From NCBI RefSeq assembly GCF_018977255.1, contig NW_024704743.1, positions 54,252,001 through 54,316,000 of the forward strand: DNA of 64,000 bases, in the 5' to 3' direction. Positions 39,857 to 52,054 of the stretch are shown here, piece by piece; the first letter of the stretch is position 1; the number at the start of each line of letters is the position of its first letter. Under the pieces are notes generated by a model, which had not been told where the DNA came from, searched no databases, and saw nothing but the letters and a program-made list of their open reading frames with translations. Position numbers and translations under genes: made by a program. The DNA is from Callorhinchus milii. Lineage: Eukaryota.

Positions 39857-40160
39857 GTGGAGTCCTGTAGCTCAGTGGTTAGAGCACTCACCTTGCAAGC
39901 GAGACACCTGGGTTCAATTCCAGGCAGAGGGCGAAATCCTGGGCAGATTTCCTTACTCCACAGGTCTAATAATAATCCCTCCAAAACAATAATAATAAAT
40001 TGGTCATTTTCAATCCACGACTGTTGGTGGGACACTACTGTGCGCAATTGGCTGCCGCATTTCGCCCACAAATATACTGTCAATTCATTTTACAGCATAT
40101 TCTGTGAAGCACTTTGAGACGTCTAGAAAACTTGAAAAGTGCTATATCAAATGCAAGGAC
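39857..40160 (+). mobile_element. tRNA-headed SINE, short form
   Basis: Head, body and tail match 1636-1964. Confidence 0.92.
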
Positions 40161-41934
40161 TGCTTTTTAGGTTATAAGAACAGAGAAGACCAAGAAATTA
40201 CACAACATGCAGCTATTATTGAAGTGAAAAGTCTCGGCACAGCAAGCATTTCCTCAAAGATTTTGGATGTTTGTTCAAGGAAACCAAACAGGTTTGGCAC
40301 TCCTCTGGAGTCTACTTGTTGCACTGCCTTTTGTTTCCATCAATGTAAGCAGGTGCAGAATACAACAGGGCAATGGGTCTCTCTGGCAAGCACCCATGTT
40401 TATTTCCATTCCTGCATTGGCCCCATATACACACACACACATACCACAAGTAATTAGGCAACGGACATATTCATGGCAATGCCAACAGGGAAACAATTTA
40501 ATTCAAGTAACAGATCAATGTACCGGTGTGCTTATTTTACAATAGAAGCATTTTTCTAGTAATCACTGCGGTGGGTGGGGGGGGGGAAGATAAAAAAAAT
40601 TTATAGATTTAATAAGGACAACATGGTTGATTCCTTTTATGAATATGAAGTCCCACAGCAATTATGTTGCTTACGTAATCCCAGGGCAACGGTTAGGAGT
40701 TGGTATCAAATTGTGAGTTATGTTGTGGTGCGATGTTTAGTTTCATTAGGCCAATGTTTCAACCAGTTGAGGTAACTGGCCTCCAGCTAAACTCCTGGTG
40801 AAGCATTAAAAAAAACGGAACACTTTATATGAGCAGTTGTGAATGCAGTTGTCTTTAATTTATCTTGTAGCTTTGGTTGCCAAGTACACCCAGTCCACGC
40901 TGCAGCCTCTGCTTGTGTGTGATTTGGCCTAAAAGAAGTGATGAAATCTAAAAAAAGATATACATAGCAACAAACATGTGGTGCTCAGTATAGGGGCACT
41001 AGTTAAGTGGAGTAATTGCAACAGATGTAATTAACCAAACTGGAAAGTGTTCTTCAAATGTTCACTTCACAGAAACAAAATGCACGTCAAATCTTTGCTT
41101 AAGTGGAATTGACTATGTGATGATTTAAAACATATCACTACATCAATCTGGAAAAGGTGTCACAATATTGCTTTAAAAGATTACGGAGCATGACATCTTT
41201 ATTGCGAAAGTTAGCAGTCAGCGCATTGCTTTTCTAATTCCATCTAATTTCATCCATATAAATCTAACGCAAGGCAAGGATTGCAATCATTAGCAGAAAG
41301 GCAAAACAATGGCAGCTTTTAAAGTTAAGCAGCCATTCAAATGCTAACACAGCAAAGACTAATTAAATGGCATTCATTCGCCACTTACAACCCTTTCATC
41401 CCTCCAGTCCTAGTCACTCAAATGCACTAGGCCAAAGTGTTTTGTTATTTTTCATTTGCAGTCATCAATTTAATAGAGTGACATAAAATCTCTATTGTGC
41501 GTGATTCTTTTTGTATACAGTACTTAAGAGAGTGGAAGATGGAAGTCTGTATAGAGCTGGAATGAAGAATTAAATTAACAGCAATTTGTTTCACAAAAGA
41601 TCACACAGAATGAATTTTCATTAGTCTAAACAGATATGGGATTTTTAAAAAAACAAAACAAATTGTTATCTCCTCAGATGCCGAGTTATTTCCACGCCCA
41701 AGTTGAACATATTTGTTTCAATCGAACCCAGTGCGTTTCAATCTGGACATTTAGATGTAAATTGCTTGCCTCTAAAGCACCCAAAGCTTTGCCTTAAGAA
41801 CGGAACACTGTTGCTTGGGTTTCAATGTGAAAAAAATACTTAGCAGAAACAAATCGTGAAGAGCCCATATGAAAAGGAATGTTGTTCAGACTGTTTTATA
41901 AAACAAAGTCTACTCCACTTAAGTGTATACATAC

Positions 41935-41950
41935 CTGTTTCTATAGAAAC
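41935..41950 (-). CDS. Candidate 16-nt micro-exon; (G)FYRN(R)
   Basis: Donor CAG|gtatgt and weak acceptor tatttagcag. Phase 1 to 2 bridges its neighbours in the model. Confidence 0.25.
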
Positions 41951-42415
41951 CTGCTAAATATCGACCAATTAAAGACATTTGCACCTCAGTGTATAGTTTT
42001 ACAACCCATGCACACAATGTACATTTAAGCAATAGATTAAACACCATCCTTTCTCACGTTTGTAATTGCTAATCTGCTAATTGTTTGTCTAAACAAGTCG
42101 GTTTAACACCTCATTATTCACTGACTGCTAACGTCTAGCTAGTTTAGAGGTCACAGACTGGATTACATTTATTGTCAATTTTTCCACAAAGACCCAATTC
42201 TTGTCACTGGATCTCATTCACTTGTTAAAGATCTAATCTGACTTTATATTCCTAGTTTTCACCTTTTGTTCTTTTTTCTTACATGTGAAGATTCAATGCA
42301 ACAACACCCTTTACTAATGTTTATTTCCCCCTAGGTTGAAATGTATATATTTCAGCAATTCTGACTGCTGCACAACTGCTCAATTGCTCAATTAAGCGTC
42401 CAAATCCTTTTTCAA

Positions 42416-42562
42416 GTAAATTTACTTCAACTACTTCATTCTGAATGTTGAATTTTCTTAACCCTAATAAATGTATTCCTTATTAAGGAATTCCATTAAG
42501 AAATATTTCAAATTAGACCCGAATAAATGCAAAATTCAACATTCAGAATGAAGTAAATTTAC
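42416..42562. repeat. MITE-like inverted repeat
   Basis: Perfect 25-bp inverted arms at 42432-42456 and 42531-42555 around a 74-nt AT-rich spacer. Confidence 0.75.
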
Positions 42563-43474
42563 GTGAATTCTTGCTGAACCATGATAAATCCATTCTGGAA
42601 ATACATTCCATCTCACACTTCATTTCCAGCATGGATGAATGGATATCAATCAGGTGCAAGAAAACTGGCTGTTTTCCATTCCCAAACCAGGGCCATTATG
42701 AGCAATTGTAGGGACTCCACCAAGGGTGTACCCAATAGCTCTGCAAATAAATGTAAAATTGTTCATTCACTTCATGGCTGTTCATAGGACATTGCAGTGT
42801 GCAAATTGACTGTACTGTTTGCCTACAAATGCATAATTCACTACACTTCTCCTAAAAACAGTGTGAAGCGCTTTGAAGCAGCTTAATGTCACAAGCAGCT
42901 ATATCCAACGCCAGAATAATTGTTCTTTTCATAAAACTACCCAAAACATCTTCACTCGTACAAAGTTATGTTTTCACCACATGGAGTTTTACATCACAAG
43001 ACCATTGCTAAAATCCATGAAGCTAAGCCTAGGAACATAAGAACATAGAAACAGGAGTAAAGTGTTGGACTCAGTTAAGTCACTCGACTATTTCATTAGT
43101 GCAGACTAGCTCTTCATCTTTCTAATCCCATTTGCCCTCTTTTTCTCTATATTCATTTGTATCCTTATTTCCTAATCACCTATCTATATCCCTCTTAAGC
43201 ACTTCAATTAATTCTGCATCTGTATCTCTGACAATTCCTCCCTTTGTCTCCTTCAATTTTCTCCTTGACAAGTTCTAGCACAACCTCGGTGTTGACGCGT
43301 CTCACATTTGTACTTTTATGTGCCAGCAAATTTGCCTAGAAAAACATTCACATGCCAAAAATTACAGGAAGGAGCTTCGAGGTGTTTTGACGTGATAAGA
43401 AATATAAGTTCTTCCTTTCTTTCTTTCATTTTCCAGTGGTCAGCTAGTCATGCCCTGTTGAGCTCTCTTTTGAA

Positions 43475-43820
43475 TAGTAATAATAATAATCCTTGCATCG
43501 AGATGTCTCAAAGTGCTTCACAGAATATACTGTAAAGTGAATTGACTGTATATTTTTTGGGCGAAACGCAGCAGCCAAGTGCACACAGCAGTGTCCCACA
43601 AACAGTCGTGGATTGAAGTGACCAATTTATTATTTTTTTAAGCAATTATTACCCCTGGAAAAGCAATCTGCCAATCGACTAACAAACGGGTTCCTACTTA
43701 CTGCTAGGTAAACAGAGACATGTGGGGTAAGGAAAGTTGCCCAACATTTTGCCCTGCCGGGAATCAAACCCAGGTCTCTCGCTTGCGAGGCGAGTGCTCT
43801 AACCACTGAGCTACAGGACT
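43475..43820 (-). mobile_element. tRNA-headed SINE, long form
   Basis: CGC anticodon head, extra central segment and tail. Confidence 0.92.
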
Positions 43821-44259
43821 ACAGGATTTTTGAGATCTATCCTCCCCCAGCTACACTGACATCATCTACAAATGTAACTACCTTGTGCTGAGTCAGCATA
43901 TCTGAAAGCTATCATAAGTACACAACAACAAGATTCCATTTATAAAGTAAACCTATAACAATTCTTAATGTTTGATGACTGTGGGAATGGGAAGCAACAG
44001 AACTAGGAAATTGAAATCTTTCTTGTTCAGGTTGAAAATAAAAGTCTTGTCGTGAAAGGACTCTCTGTGGAGCTGTATTATATGATAGGTGCTGAACAAT
44101 ACAAAACAATGCTACCCGATTGATTTTACTGATAAGAAATAAAACCCTAAAGGGGTCAAAAATAGCACAATTTCAGACATGATTCCTTAATTACATGAGT
44201 GAATCATGCTGATTTGATGCACTCCCTTCGTTGGGATCTACTTGGGATTTCTGTTCAAA

Positions 44260-44515
44260 GATTACAAGATTACAAAAAATGTACAGCACATAAGCAGGCC
44301 GCTGGGCCCAACGCGGTCCGCGCGAGTCTTCACCTATTCCTTCCTCCCTTCCATACCCTTCTATTCCCCACTTCTTCATGTGAGGCCTATGTTTCTCTTG
44401 AATGCAGCTGTATATCTGATTCAACCACCAATTCAGCCAGTGAGTTCCACAATGTCACTACCCTCTGTGTGAAGTAGTTCTTCCTAAATCTTCTTTTAGA
44501 TTCTCTCGTTCTCAT
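44260..44515 (-). mobile_element. CR1 3' end
   Basis: RKNYFTQRVVTLWNSL; tandem gattacaa terminal repeat. Confidence 0.88.
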
Positions 44516-44517
44516 GG

Positions 44518-44741
44518 GACGCCTAATAATAATCCCTCCAAAAAAACCAAACAATAATAAATTGGTCATTTTCAATCCACGACTGTTTGTGGGACATTAC
44601 TGTGCGCAATTGGCTGCTGTGTTCGCCCACAAATATACAGTCAATTCACTTTACAGTATATTCTGTGAAGCGCTTTGGGACATCTAGAAGATGTGAAAAG
44701 CGCTATATCAAATGCAAGGATTATTATTATTATTATTATTA
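44518..44741 (+). mobile_element. 5'-truncated tRNA-headed SINE, short form
   Basis: Starts at acgcctaataataatccctcc and ends in (tta)n. Confidence 0.9.
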
Positions 44742-44904
44742 TGTTATGAAGTGTTATTTCTGTTCCTGGAAGGATTCCTCTAATGGTTTCCTTAAGCACT
44801 GAATCCTGTTTGAAGTTACCGTGTTTTGAAGGAAAATATTGGGATTACAAACTGGAAAGCTGGCCTGAAAGTAAATACATTACAAAATGACAAAGATAGA
44901 ACGC

Positions 44905-45215
44905 ACTGGTCTGTGCTGAGCGAACTGATGGTAGACAGGGTAGTTGGACGTATTACAATTAACCTTAGCACCTCTAGGCTGAGGAGGGAAAATATCAGCC
45001 AAGGTTCATTTTCCTGATTGCTATCCACTGACCCCTGATATGCTGATATTGGGTGAGAACAAGATCAGGCTCGGTTATGTTATCTCTGCAGTCAAAAAGT
45101 CTGCTGATGCTCTCACATGAAAAATGGTCATGTGGTCACCTGAGGGTTTCTGGATCTTGTGGAACACACCCCAGCAATAGATAGTGCTTTCAAGAGAGGG
45201 AAAGGGAGAGAGCTA
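44905..45215 (+). mobile_element. AmnSINE2-like ancient SINE
   Basis: ggtctgtgctgag...tacaatt...gggaaaatatcagccaagg...cctgattgctatccactgacccctg...cacatgaaaaatggtca...gtggaac...ccccagca. Family name from recalled consensus. Confidence 0.7.
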
Positions 45216-45367
45216 TCAGAGAAAGAAACGCTGCACGTTAAATGCTGGAACTGCTACAACTGTGTACAGAATGAGCAATAAAACACAACATAAATGATAA
45301 TAGTTGAGGAATCATACACCTGAAGAAATATCAAATCTAAGAAAAATGACTACATTTTCTGCACCAA

Positions 45368-46750
45368 TACAACAACAACAAATCATACTTGTATAGAGTC
45401 CTTCTTGTCTGAAAGACGTCCATAGCGCTGGACACCGAGCTGGTGTCCAAAGGTAAGGAGGGCAGGGAGTTGGGAGTGGTAGGGTGGCAGAAGGCAAGGT
45501 CGAAGAGGAAGGTCTTCAACTGAGACTTGAATGAAGCAAGAGAGGGGGTGAAGCAGAGGAATTGTGGAATAGAGTACCAGAGTGTGGGGGCAGAGATGCT
45601 GAATGCCCGACCACCAATGGTGGGGTGGGAAGTGCGGGGGACCTGAAACAGGCTGGTGTCCACTGAGCAGAGGGAGTGGACAGGTTGATATGGTGTTATG
45701 AGGTCGGAGAGGTAGAGTGGAGCAAGACCGTGGAGGGTGTTGAACTTAAGAACAAGGATTTTGTACTTGATTCTCTGAGGAATGGGGAGCCAGTGAAGCC
45801 GGGCAAGAATGGTTCCCAGAGCCTGGTGCAGAAAAGGACACAAGCTGCAGAATTCTGAATAATCTGTAGCTTTTGGAGGGAAGAGTTGGGAAGTCCAGTG
45901 AGCAGGCAGTTGGTATAGACAAGCCGGGACATAATGAAAGCGTGGATCAGGGTCTCTGTGACCTGCAGACAGAGGCAGTGGCGGAGGTGGGTAATGTTGT
46001 GGAGGTGTGGAAAGGCGGAGCAGGTCATGGCACGAATTGAAGGATAGTTGAGAGTTGAAGAGGACACAGAAGTTTCAGATTGGCTTGGTGAGGTGAATAG
46101 TGCAGCCATGAATGGTGATAGTGGCTTAGGTGAAGAGGTACTGCCGGGAGCCAAGCAGCAGGGCCTCTGTCTTGTCAACATTGAGCCGGAGGATATTGGC
46201 TCTCATCCAGGACTTGATGTCTGACAGACAATTAGCCAGGACAATAACGGTCCTGGAGTCAAAAATGGAGGCAGCGAGATAGAGTTGGGTGTCATCCGCA
46301 CACACGTGGAAATTAACCCCATGTCTACAGATGACATCGCCGAGTGGGAGCATGTATAGATTGAAGAGGATAGGACTGAGGACAGAGTTCTGAGGGATGC
46401 CACATGTGACAGTGCGGGGACTAGAGGAGAAGCCATTGGTGGCCACGAAGTGTGGATGGTGGGAAAGGTAGGATTGGAACCAGGCAAGAACAGAACCATT
46501 GAAGTGGAGGTGAGAGGAGAGGCAGTGGAGAAAAATAGAGTTGTCAACAGTATTGAAAGCGGCCGAGAGGTCGAGAAGGATGAGGAGACAGAGAGAGCCC
46601 TGGTTGTAGGTGGACAGAATGTTAGTTGTTACTTTGACTGGGGCTGTCTCTGTGCTGTGAGCAGCACAAATTCCAGATCGGAGGGTTTCATGGAGGGAAT
46701 GCTGGGAGAGGAAAGAGCGAAGCTGGGAAGTGATGAATCGTTCTATGACC
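45368..46750 (-). mobile_element. L2 LINE fragment (RT to 3' end)
   Basis: GIPQNSVLSP, CADDTQLY, LHWLPIPQRIKYKIL. Confidence 0.95.
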
Positions 46751-47295
46751 TTTGATTAAAAAGGAAGGTTGATAGTACAGCAACAAAAGTTAAAACAAAC
46801 AAAAACATTGAGTTTAGTAGAGGAGAGTAAGGAGAAGGAAGGAGTTGTTGCCTGGGTACAACACAGATATGAAGAAATACAGAGAAGGGAAATCTGTGCT
46901 GAAAGAATGAAGGAACTCTGTTGCATCTAATTTGTGATATTTGCAAAAGAAGTGGAAGCACATATTTGAAATTTCTGCAGTTGCAGTTGGATTGAAATCT
47001 GCAGTTTTTGGAGGCTGCCAGCATGTGAGAAAGGGCCAGAGATTAAATCCTACGGACCTGTGGAGATGGCGTTGCACTCTATGATCTTTTTCATGCTTTA
47101 AAAATAATAATGATCCTTTCATGTGATGTAGTAACTAATTTGAACGCAGCAAATTCTCACAAACAGACTTGAAGTGAATTACCAATTTTGGTTTGGGGGA
47201 TTGTTGGCCCGGACACAGGGAGAAACTTCCTTCTCTTTTCAAAAAAATGGCACATCATCTGTACCATCCATCTGAACAAACATGAAGGACTTTGG

Positions 47296-50200
47296 GGAGA
47301 CGGGAGCGGAGGCAGAAGACCGCGGGGCGGAGCCGAGGCCTAGCTGTGTGTATAAAGCACAGTAGGTGAAGAGCCACTCAGTTGGGAGCGGAGTCAGGAG
47401 AGCGCAGGGTGGTGGGGGTAGGGGGCGCGATTTGCAAAGTGACGTCGGTCACAGTTAAAAAAAACAGCAACAACAACAACAACAATGGCCTGGTCCCCAT
47501 CACTGCCATCCCGGCCATGACCTGAGAAGCTGAGCCGGAGGGCTGATGCCATTCCGCTAATCGTTTGCTCCCGGTCTCTGTGTGCGCGTTTTGGCTGCCT
47601 GAGCCGAGCCTCCCCATCCACTCTAAATGTCTCTCCTCCCACCCCCCTCTATGTCTCTCCTCCCATCCCCCTCTATCCACTACTCCCCCTCTGTCCTTAT
47701 CTGCCACTGCCCTCCCCGCCTTTTCTAGCTCCTTGACCCCATCACCACTTCACTCTGCTCCAGCCTGGGCATCCTCCGCCGGGCCCATCGTGGCTTCCGG
47801 CACTGGCTGTCCCAGAGCAGCAACCCCACGTGTCAATCACTCATTCCCTCCACTCAAACCGCCTCCTTAAGGCAAACACAACTTCCCCCTCCCTCATTCC
47901 CCCTCCCTCATACGTATCCTCCCCAACTCTCCACTCACACCACTCTTCACAAACATCTCTCCCAAAAATCTTCTCCCCATCACTCTCTCCTCTCTCCCCT
48001 CCCTCCAGCAAACTCACTCGCATTTCCCTTGAAAACGTCCGTTCCTTATCAAATAAAGCCCTCAACATCCACGACCTCATCCTGGACGAGCACTTTGACA
48101 TTCTTGGACTCACCAAAACCTGGCTCTCCCCCAATGATCCCGTCCCCCTAGTTGAAGCCTCCCCTCCAGGCTACCCTTTTCACCACACCCCCCATCCAAA
48201 CCAACGTGGCGGCGGGGTGGCCTTCATTTCCAAAGCCTCCCTTGGTCTTATCCCCTACTCTTCTGGCTGCTTCCCCTCCTTCGAGCACTTCACCCTCTTC
48301 CATCCCTCTGTCCTATTGAAAATCCTCCTTGTCTACCACCCCCCTAAGCCCCCTGGCTCCTTCCACACAGACATCTCTACTCTCCTCTCTTCCCTGTCCC
48401 TCTGCTCTGAACGCCTGCTCATAATGGGCGATTTCAACCTCCACCTAAACTCCCCTTGCACCACCTGCCAACTTCACTGCCCTCCTCTCCTCCCTAAACC
48501 TCACCCTCCATATAAACTCACCCACCCACAACCGTGGTCATGCCCTCGACCTCGTTATCACCCACGGTCTTGACATTACCGACCTTAACATACTGGACAA
48601 GGCCATCTGTAGCTTGTGGAGTCGTGTAGCTCAGTGGTTAGAGCACTCGCTTTGCAAGTGAGAGACCTGAGTTCAATTCCAGGCAGGGCGAAACCTTGGG
48701 CAAGTTTCCTTACTCCACACACCTAATAATAATCCCTCCAAAACCAAAAACAATAATAAATTGGTCATTTTCAATCTACGACTGTTTGTGGGACATTGCT
48801 GTGCGCAATTGGCTGCCGCGTTCGCCCACAAATATACAGTCAATTCACTTTACAGTATATTCTGTGAAGCGCTTTGGGACTTCTAGAAGACGTGAAAAGC
48901 GCTATATCAAATGCAAAGATTATTATTATTATTATCTCGGACCACTTCCTCATCTCCTTCTCCTCTCACATCCCTCTCTCCTCCACCAAGCCTTCAACCA
49001 TTCTCTACCGCCCTTGGAAAAGGCTAATCCCTGAGATCCTCACAAAGGCCCTCACATCATCAAATAACCTATCCCTCTGGCCCTCCACCCGCGGAGATCC
49101 TGAAGCAGCCGTCCAGCTGCTCCATGATCGCCTCTCTTCCACCTTCAACTTCCTCGTCCCCCTGAAATCCAAGACCATCTCCAAACCCACCCGATTCCCC
49201 TGGTTACAACAACCATCTCCACCGCCTAAAAACCCTGTTACTCAAGCGCAGACGGCGGAAAACTGGCATGACAGTCCACCGCCAACTGTGGCTTGAGCAT
49301 CTCCACGGCTACCGCCGTTCTTTGATGTGCAAAAATGGCCTTCTACTCCAACATCATCTTGGAGGCTAAACACAACCCCAAAATCCTTTTTTCCACCACC
49401 CACTATCTATCTTCATATCAAATGACAAGTGCGAGGAGGATGTGGACTTCTTTTCATTTAAAATTCACAACATCCGCCAGGCAGCCTCATCCACCTGCTT
49501 ATTGTCACCCACCACCATGCTCTCTCTGTCCCCCTCACCCTCCCCATCATCTGCTCCTACCACGACCCCCCATCCTACATTCCTTCCCCATCTCTCCCTC
49601 CTCCCTGTCATCCACCATCACCTCCATGAAACCCACCACCTGCTGCCTCAACCCCCTCCCCATCAACTTACTGGTTACCCAGCTCCCCCTCCTCTGCCCA
49701 CTACTGGCTGATGTCATCAACCAGTCCCTCTCCTCCGGATCAGTCCCTGCCCCCCTCAAAACTGCTGTCATCACACCCCTCCTCAAAAAACCTTCCCTGG
49801 ATCCCTCAAACCCCCACCACACCTCCCTATTTCTAACCTGCCCTTCCTCGCAAAAGTCCTAGAACGCGTTGTTGCCAACCAACTTCGCGCACACCTCTCC
49901 TCCCACTCCCTCTTCGAACCCCTCCAGTCTGGTACCGCCCTGCCCACAGTACAGAGACTGCGCTCGTAAAAGTCACAAACGACATCCTCTCTATCTGTGA
50001 CCAGGGCTCCCTCTGCCTCCTTGCCCTCCTGGACCTCTCCGCGGCGTTCGACACAGTCGATCACGCCATCCTCCTCCACGGCCTTTCCTCCGTCATCCAC
50101 CTCAGTGGGACCGCACTCGCCTGGTTCCAGTCCTACCTCACAAACTGCCAGCAGTACATCTGCACAAATGGCTTCTCTTCCCGCTCTCACCCGATTACCT

Positions 50201-51254
50201 GCGGGGTACCCCAAAGATCCACCTTTGGCCCCCTCCTCTTTCTGATCTGAATGCTCCCTCTTGGGGATGTCATTCGCAGACATGGAGTACATTTCCACAT
50301 GTACGCGGACGGCACCCAACTCTATTTTTCCACCTCTCTTTGCGACCCCCAGTCCTCTGATGTTCTGTCAGCCTGCCTGTCAGACCTCAGGGGCTGAATG
50401 AGCGCAAATTTCCTTCACCTGAACGTTGACAAGACAGAAGCCATACTCTTTGGCTCTCGTCAACGTCTAAAATCTCACAGCTCTCACCTCCTCCACCTAC
50501 CCAACCTCCCACTAAAACTCTCTGAACCTGTACGCAACCTAGGCATCAGGTTCCACCCCCATTTATCCTTCATGCCCCACATCCGGTCCCTCACCAGCAC
50601 CGCCTTCTTCCACCTCCGATGCATCGCCCGTCTCCGCCAATACCTCACTCAGAAAGCCACTGAAACCTTGGTCCATGCCTATGCCACCTCTCGGCTGGAC
50701 TATTCTAACGCTCTCCTCACCGGTCTCCCATCCACTACCATCCATAAAATCCAGATCATTCAAAACTCTGCTGCCCGCATTCTCACCCGCACCAAGCTCC
50801 CCGATCACCTCAGTCCTTGCCAGACTGCACTGGCTGCCTATCCCAGAGAGGATCGATTTCAAGACTCGCCTGGTTCGAGTCCTACCTCACATTCAAATCC
50901 CTGCACTCCTCTGCACCCCCCTACCTCTCTGACCTCCTCTCTCCTCAAAACAGTACCCATTGCCTTCGTTCCTCCGAGTCTGGCTTTCTCCTCATCTCCC
51001 GAGTGCTCCGCTCCACCCTCGGCGGCCGTGCCTTCAGCCACTATCCCCGAGGCTCTGGAATTCCCTTCCTCACTCCTTTCGCCTCGTTCCCTCTCTTCCT
51101 ATTTTCAGGTCTCTGCTGAAGACCTTTCTTTTCGACCATGCCTTTGGTCACCTTTCTCCCCATCCCCCTGGCTCAGCCCTGGGATCCATTACTGTGAAGC
51201 GCTCCGAGAAGCCATCCGGAGTGGAGGGCGCTATATAAATCCAAGTTGTTGTTG
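47296..51254 (+). mobile_element. Apparently full-length single-ORF L2 (family B), decayed, inserted into a Deu-SINE
   Basis: GC-rich leader; APE (ENVRSLSNK, LTKTW, GDFNLH) from about 48015; RT region, (gtt)n tail. The host Deu-SINE (minus strand) rejoins across it: gaaggactttgg | tttaatgtctcacc. Confidence 0.93.
48616..48933 (+). mobile_element. Young tRNA-headed SINE nested in the L2 APE domain
   Basis: Splits ggccatct|cggaccac (the SDH motif); atct is duplicated at 48605-48608 and 48934-48937. Confidence 0.95.
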
Positions 51255-52054
51255 TTTAATGTCTCACCTGAAGAATGACACCTCCAACATTGCAACACAC
51301 CTGAGTACTGCACTGGAGTGTCAGCATAGATTTGTGAATTTAAAATCCTGACATAATAATAATAAATAACAATATCCTTGCATTTGATATTATGCCTCAT
51401 CACGTCTTCGAGACATGTCAAAGCATTTCACAGAATATACTGTGAAGTGAATTGACTGTATATTTTGTGGGAGAAATGGAGATGAAACCCACAGTTTTCC
51501 TACTCAGAAGGAAGAGTGCTGCCAAGTGAGCCAGGCTGACACCTCAAATTGGATTTGAGCATGTGCTGGTGATTTCAGAAGTCATGCTATTCAGCGAATA
51601 TGCCTTGTTTCACCAAAACCCTATCAGTCCTATCAATCTTCCACACTATAGCTTTGAACAAAAAGATGAAAATTACACAGATCTCTATTCAATAGATTGC
51701 TATTACATGAGGGTCTCTTAAAGACAAAACTTTTCCTCTTAACCATGGCCAGATTTCTATCTTTTATGGGCTTGCCACCAGAAAGATTTGTGGCCCCCAA
51801 TTTTCATCTGTTCTATTTATAAGTAATAGATCCAGTGCCGGATTGGCTCCCCGAAAGGGCTCAGGATTGCGGGGGAGTGATCGGCAGCCGATCACGGGAG
51901 AGCTCATTGGCCAATCATGGGTTCCCATTGCAGCCAATCGCTGAACACTCGGCAGCCAATCGCGGGACATTAGGGAAAGTTTCTGATTTCCCATATGGCC
52001 AATTCACAGCTGAATTGGGGTCAACTTCCACACGTATGCGGATCACATACAAAT

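Noticed and set aside
41935..42047. Longer ATG-initiated first exon (MVFNLLLKCTLCAW...GFYRN) with a good Kozak context
   Set aside because: A 37-codon open frame arises easily by chance, no promoter is evident, and better exon candidates lie upstream. Kept only as an unlikely alternative.
11142..42085. Apparent ~10-kb periodicity (pairs 11.2/20.8 kb and 32.2/42.1 kb)
   Set aside because: The two pairs share no sequence with each other and the offsets are affected by later insertions; probably coincidence.
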